Origin: an uncultured archaeon
GTDB taxonomy: Archaea; Micrarchaeota; Micrarchaeia; Norongarragalinales; CABMDW01
Direction of reading: 5' to 3'
Assembly (NCBI GenBank): GCA_902385045.1
Contig: CABMDW010000108.1
Location: forward strand, 1-36,717
Length of the DNA: 36,717 bases
The notes under the pieces are model-generated. The model was given only the letters and a program-made list of their open reading frames with translations, was not told where the DNA came from and ran no database searches. Below, piece after piece: positions 34,608 to 36,717 of the stretch. The position numbers and the translations under genes are program-made. Position 1 is the stretch's first letter, and every line of letters begins with the position of its first letter.

Positions 34608-35564
34608 ATGTTAGACCTAATAGCAATTATTTTACTAGGAGTATTGGGTCTTACTGCAGCTTATTTTGATTTGAAGAAAAGAATTGTTCCAAATTACTTG
34701 TCGTTACCATTATTGTTTGCATCGATATTACTTCTTATAATCAGCAATCAATTCAAAGATCTTGCTTGGATGTCTTTATTCATAATAATTGACTATGCAT
34801 TATATTCAATGGGAGTTTGGGCTGGTGGAGACTTTAAACTAACTGTGGGGATAATCGGAATCCTATTGTTTTACTCGGAAAGAAGTTCTTTCACAGAATT
34901 CATTCAGCTAGTGGGAATATTTTTTGCAATTTCATTTGGAATAGTAATACTAATGTCTGTTTTGAAAAGAATTATGATAATTAAAGAAAATAGAAAAGAA
35001 ATTATTTTGAAAATATTGAAAAATTCTGCAAAAACTCTAGTGCTCACTCAAAGCGTTTTGTTTCTGGCAGCCAGAATGGAATTATACCAGCAAATATTAC
35101 TTGGAATAAGCGTTCTAGTAATTAGTTTATTTGTTGACTTCCCGATTTTAATTACGGGAATAGTTTTTGTCATAGCATTAATAGTGGAACCATTACAGAC
35201 TATAGAAAAATCAGTTTATTCCATACCTCTCGTGTTGTTTATAACGCTCTGTTTGAACGTCATAAAAATGATTCCATTGAAAAAGAAAGTTCTTTCAAAA
35301 GAATTGGAAGAAGGAATGATACTGGAAGGAGAGTATTATCTTGAAAACAATAAGTTAAAACATGAAACAAGTTTGATTAAAACAATAACTGAATCGAAAG
35401 ACAATATCATATACTCAGACAAGAAGGCCAGGGGTTTAACTGAAGAAGAAATAGGTAAACTCAGAAAATACGGATTTGAAAGCGGTTTTCAAAAAATAAC
35501 TATTCGACTATCGCCTTTTTTAATTATAGCAAGTTTAATAATGTTAATTATAAAAATAGCGTGA
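34608..35564 (+). CDS. archaeal prepilin/preflagellin peptidase (A24 family, FlaK/PibD/EppA-like) with long C-terminal extension
   Basis: The first catalytic Asp context is LTAAYFDLKKRIVPN and the second is VWAGGDFKLTVG (GxGD type). At 318 aa it has extra TM spans and a charged soluble segment before a final TM. Confidence 0.75.
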   Translation: MLDLIAIILLGVLGLTAAYFDLKKRIVPNYLSLPLLFASILLLIISNQFKDLAWMSLFIIIDYALYSMGVWAGGDFKLTVGIIGILLFYSERSSFTEFIQLVGIFFAISFGIVILMSVLKRIMIIKENRKEIILKILKNSAKTLVLTQSVLFLAARMELYQQILLGISVLVISLFVDFPILITGIVFVIALIVEPLQTIEKSVYSIPLVLFITLCLNVIKMIPLKKKVLSKELEEGMILEGEYYLENNKLKHETSLIKTITESKDNIIYSDKKARGLTEEEIGKLRKYGFESGFQKITIRLSPFLIIASLIMLIIKIA

Positions 35565-35570
35565 AAAAAG

Positions 35571-35984
35571 TTGATAGCACAAGTTTCACTTGAGTTCTTT
35601 TTTGCAATGATAATAAGCATCGGGCTAGTCACCTATTTGGCCACTCAAATATACGCGAATGTAAGCGATTTAAGCAGGCTAAGAGACGGTGGTTCAGCTA
35701 AAACTTCATTGGATGCAGTAGCCTTGGGAGTAAACACTCTCATAACAGCAGGAAATAACAGTAACATCATAATGGAACAATACTTTCCAAGATCTTCATG
35801 CTTATACATTACTACTGATTCTAAACACTTGTACTGCGATGTAGGTTTAGATTACAATATTAACAGCACGGTACTCTTCACTTCAAATGCAGATGCAATT
35901 TACGTAAATGACAGTTGCAGAAGTAACGGCTGGATTACGTTAAACTTAACTAGAAATAATTCTGGAGTGTTTATAACTTGTTAA
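35571..35984 (+). CDS. pilin-like protein with class III signal peptide-like N-terminus
   Basis: The N-terminus is (M)IAQVSLEFFFAMIISIGLVTYL, with a TTG start and a very short leader. Several sequons (NVS, NNS, NST, NDS, NLT) and 4 Cys are present. Confidence 0.55.
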   Translation: MIAQVSLEFFFAMIISIGLVTYLATQIYANVSDLSRLRDGGSAKTSLDAVALGVNTLITAGNNSNIIMEQYFPRSSCLYITTDSKHLYCDVGLDYNINSTVLFTSNADAIYVNDSCRSNGWITLNLTRNNSGVFITC

Positions 35985-35994
35985 AGGAATTAAA

Positions 35995-36390
35995 ATGAAA
36001 GGACAAGTATCCTTTGAATACATTTTCGTAATAGCAGTCATAGTAAGCGGAGCCTACATTTTTTTACTGACTGCAGCTAAAGAAATGGAATTAAGCGCTG
36101 CACTTACTTCAGTAAGACAGAGTATTAACGATTACGAATCAATAAATGGATACCGGGTAACAATAAGAGAGATTAATTACAGTCAACCGCAATCAAATAA
36201 CGTGGTAATAACAGTGAGGGTTTTGATTAATGAAACTTATAGTGCCAGTGCTGATCCGAATGCGGTTAGCGCCATAACTTATTACAGTCTCATTGGATTA
36301 GCAAATACTTTTGCCAAATCTCCATTTCCAGATACTAACAGCACTTATTATCAATCCAGTTTGTTTAATTACAGTATACAAGTGGTTTAA
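35995..36390 (+). CDS. pilin-like protein with class III signal peptide
   Basis: MKGQVSFEYIFVIAVIVSGAYIFLL is a classical archaeal prepilin leader (K-G|Q) followed by a hydrophobic helix. Confidence 0.7.
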   Translation: MKGQVSFEYIFVIAVIVSGAYIFLLTAAKEMELSAALTSVRQSINDYESINGYRVTIREINYSQPQSNNVVITVRVLINETYSASADPNAVSAITYYSLIGLANTFAKSPFPDTNSTYYQSSLFNYSIQVV

Positions 36391-36394
36391 CCAA

Positions 36395-36717
36395 ATGAAC
36401 AATGCTACTAAATTTCAAATATGTCTCTTGTTAACAGTACCTTTAGGAGTACTCACGATAATCAATAACATTTATTTGATTCCATTAATCGTAATCTTGG
36501 GTGTTTCCATTTACTTCATAAACAAAATGGATTCTCTTGAAAAAAAGATTGGATGGTATTATTTGGTTGGAGTAATTGCCTTAATAATTCCAATACTATT
36601 AATTCAAAATCCTTATTCGATTCTATTTGCAGAATTAGTGATATACTTCATATTAATGATAATCAAAAACGTTTTACCAAAGAAAATGCAAGTAAAAATA
36701 ATTGAGACGACCAAGAA
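36395..36717 (+). CDS. hypothetical polytopic membrane protein (runs off the window)
   Basis: The frame is open from the ATG at 36395 to the window end. My translation is MNNATKFQICLLLTVPLGVLTIINNIYLIPLIVILGVSIYFINKMDSLEKKIGWYYLVGVIALIIPILL... The gene follows directly after the pilin genes. Confidence 0.5.
   Translation, partial: MNNATKFQICLLLTVPLGVLTIINNIYLIPLIVILGVSIYFINKMDSLEKKIGWYYLVGVIALIIPILLIQNPYSILFAELVIYFILMIIKNVLPKKMQVKIIETTK

Noticed and set aside
1-36717. Global reassignment of TAA to a sense codon, as an explanation for the three in-frame TAA codons.
   Set aside because: TAA is the terminator of many well-conserved genes here at their expected lengths, including hppA, rps2, the P-type ATPase, MarC, the sugar nucleotidyltransferase and the GT4 gene. 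A genome-wide recoding is therefore not supported. Only local readthrough, split genes, decay or sequencing error remain.
1-36717. Search for CRISPR arrays, transposases, integrases, prophage or defence-island signatures, and rRNA genes.
   Set aside because: I saw no regularly spaced direct repeats. No DDE, tyrosine or serine recombinase motifs appear in any ORF. The tRNA genes are not flanked by integrase-like genes or direct repeats of their 3' ends. No rRNA-like sequence is present.

Overview
This is a strongly AT-rich, very compact archaeal chromosome segment. The archaeal assignment rests on Topo VI A and B, Orc1/Cdc6, PCNA, an archaeal-type ThrRS and AspRS, NAC, prefoldin beta, archease, SepF, class III signal-peptide pilins and an intron-containing tRNA. 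The small genes, overlapping gene ends, many orphan membrane proteins and the base composition suggest a reduced, DPANN-like lineage, but that is inference.

The window carries about 55 protein-coding ORFs and 2 tRNAs (Leu-UAG, and Val-CAC with an intron). I saw no rRNA, CRISPR array, transposase or integrase.

Main observations:
1. Three conserved genes (sepF, an NhaP-type Na+/H+ antiporter and an amino-methyltransferase) are each broken by one in-frame TAA with no frameshift.
2. Eight consecutive small membrane-protein genes with no recognisable family lie at 24669-27316, and six of them look translationally coupled.
3. Topo VI-B has about 75 extra residues between the N-box and G1-box of its ATPase fold, and an MBL-fold hydrolase gene sits between top6B and top6A.
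4. A type IV pilus-like locus at the right end holds four prepilin-like genes (one missing from the ORF track) and an extended prepilin peptidase.
5. A candidate replication origin lies in the divergent cdc6/sepF intergenic region.
6. A K+-independent-type H+-PPase and a type IIIA-like P-type ATPase lie within about 5.5 kb of each other.

All functional calls come from motif recognition by eye. No database search was run.
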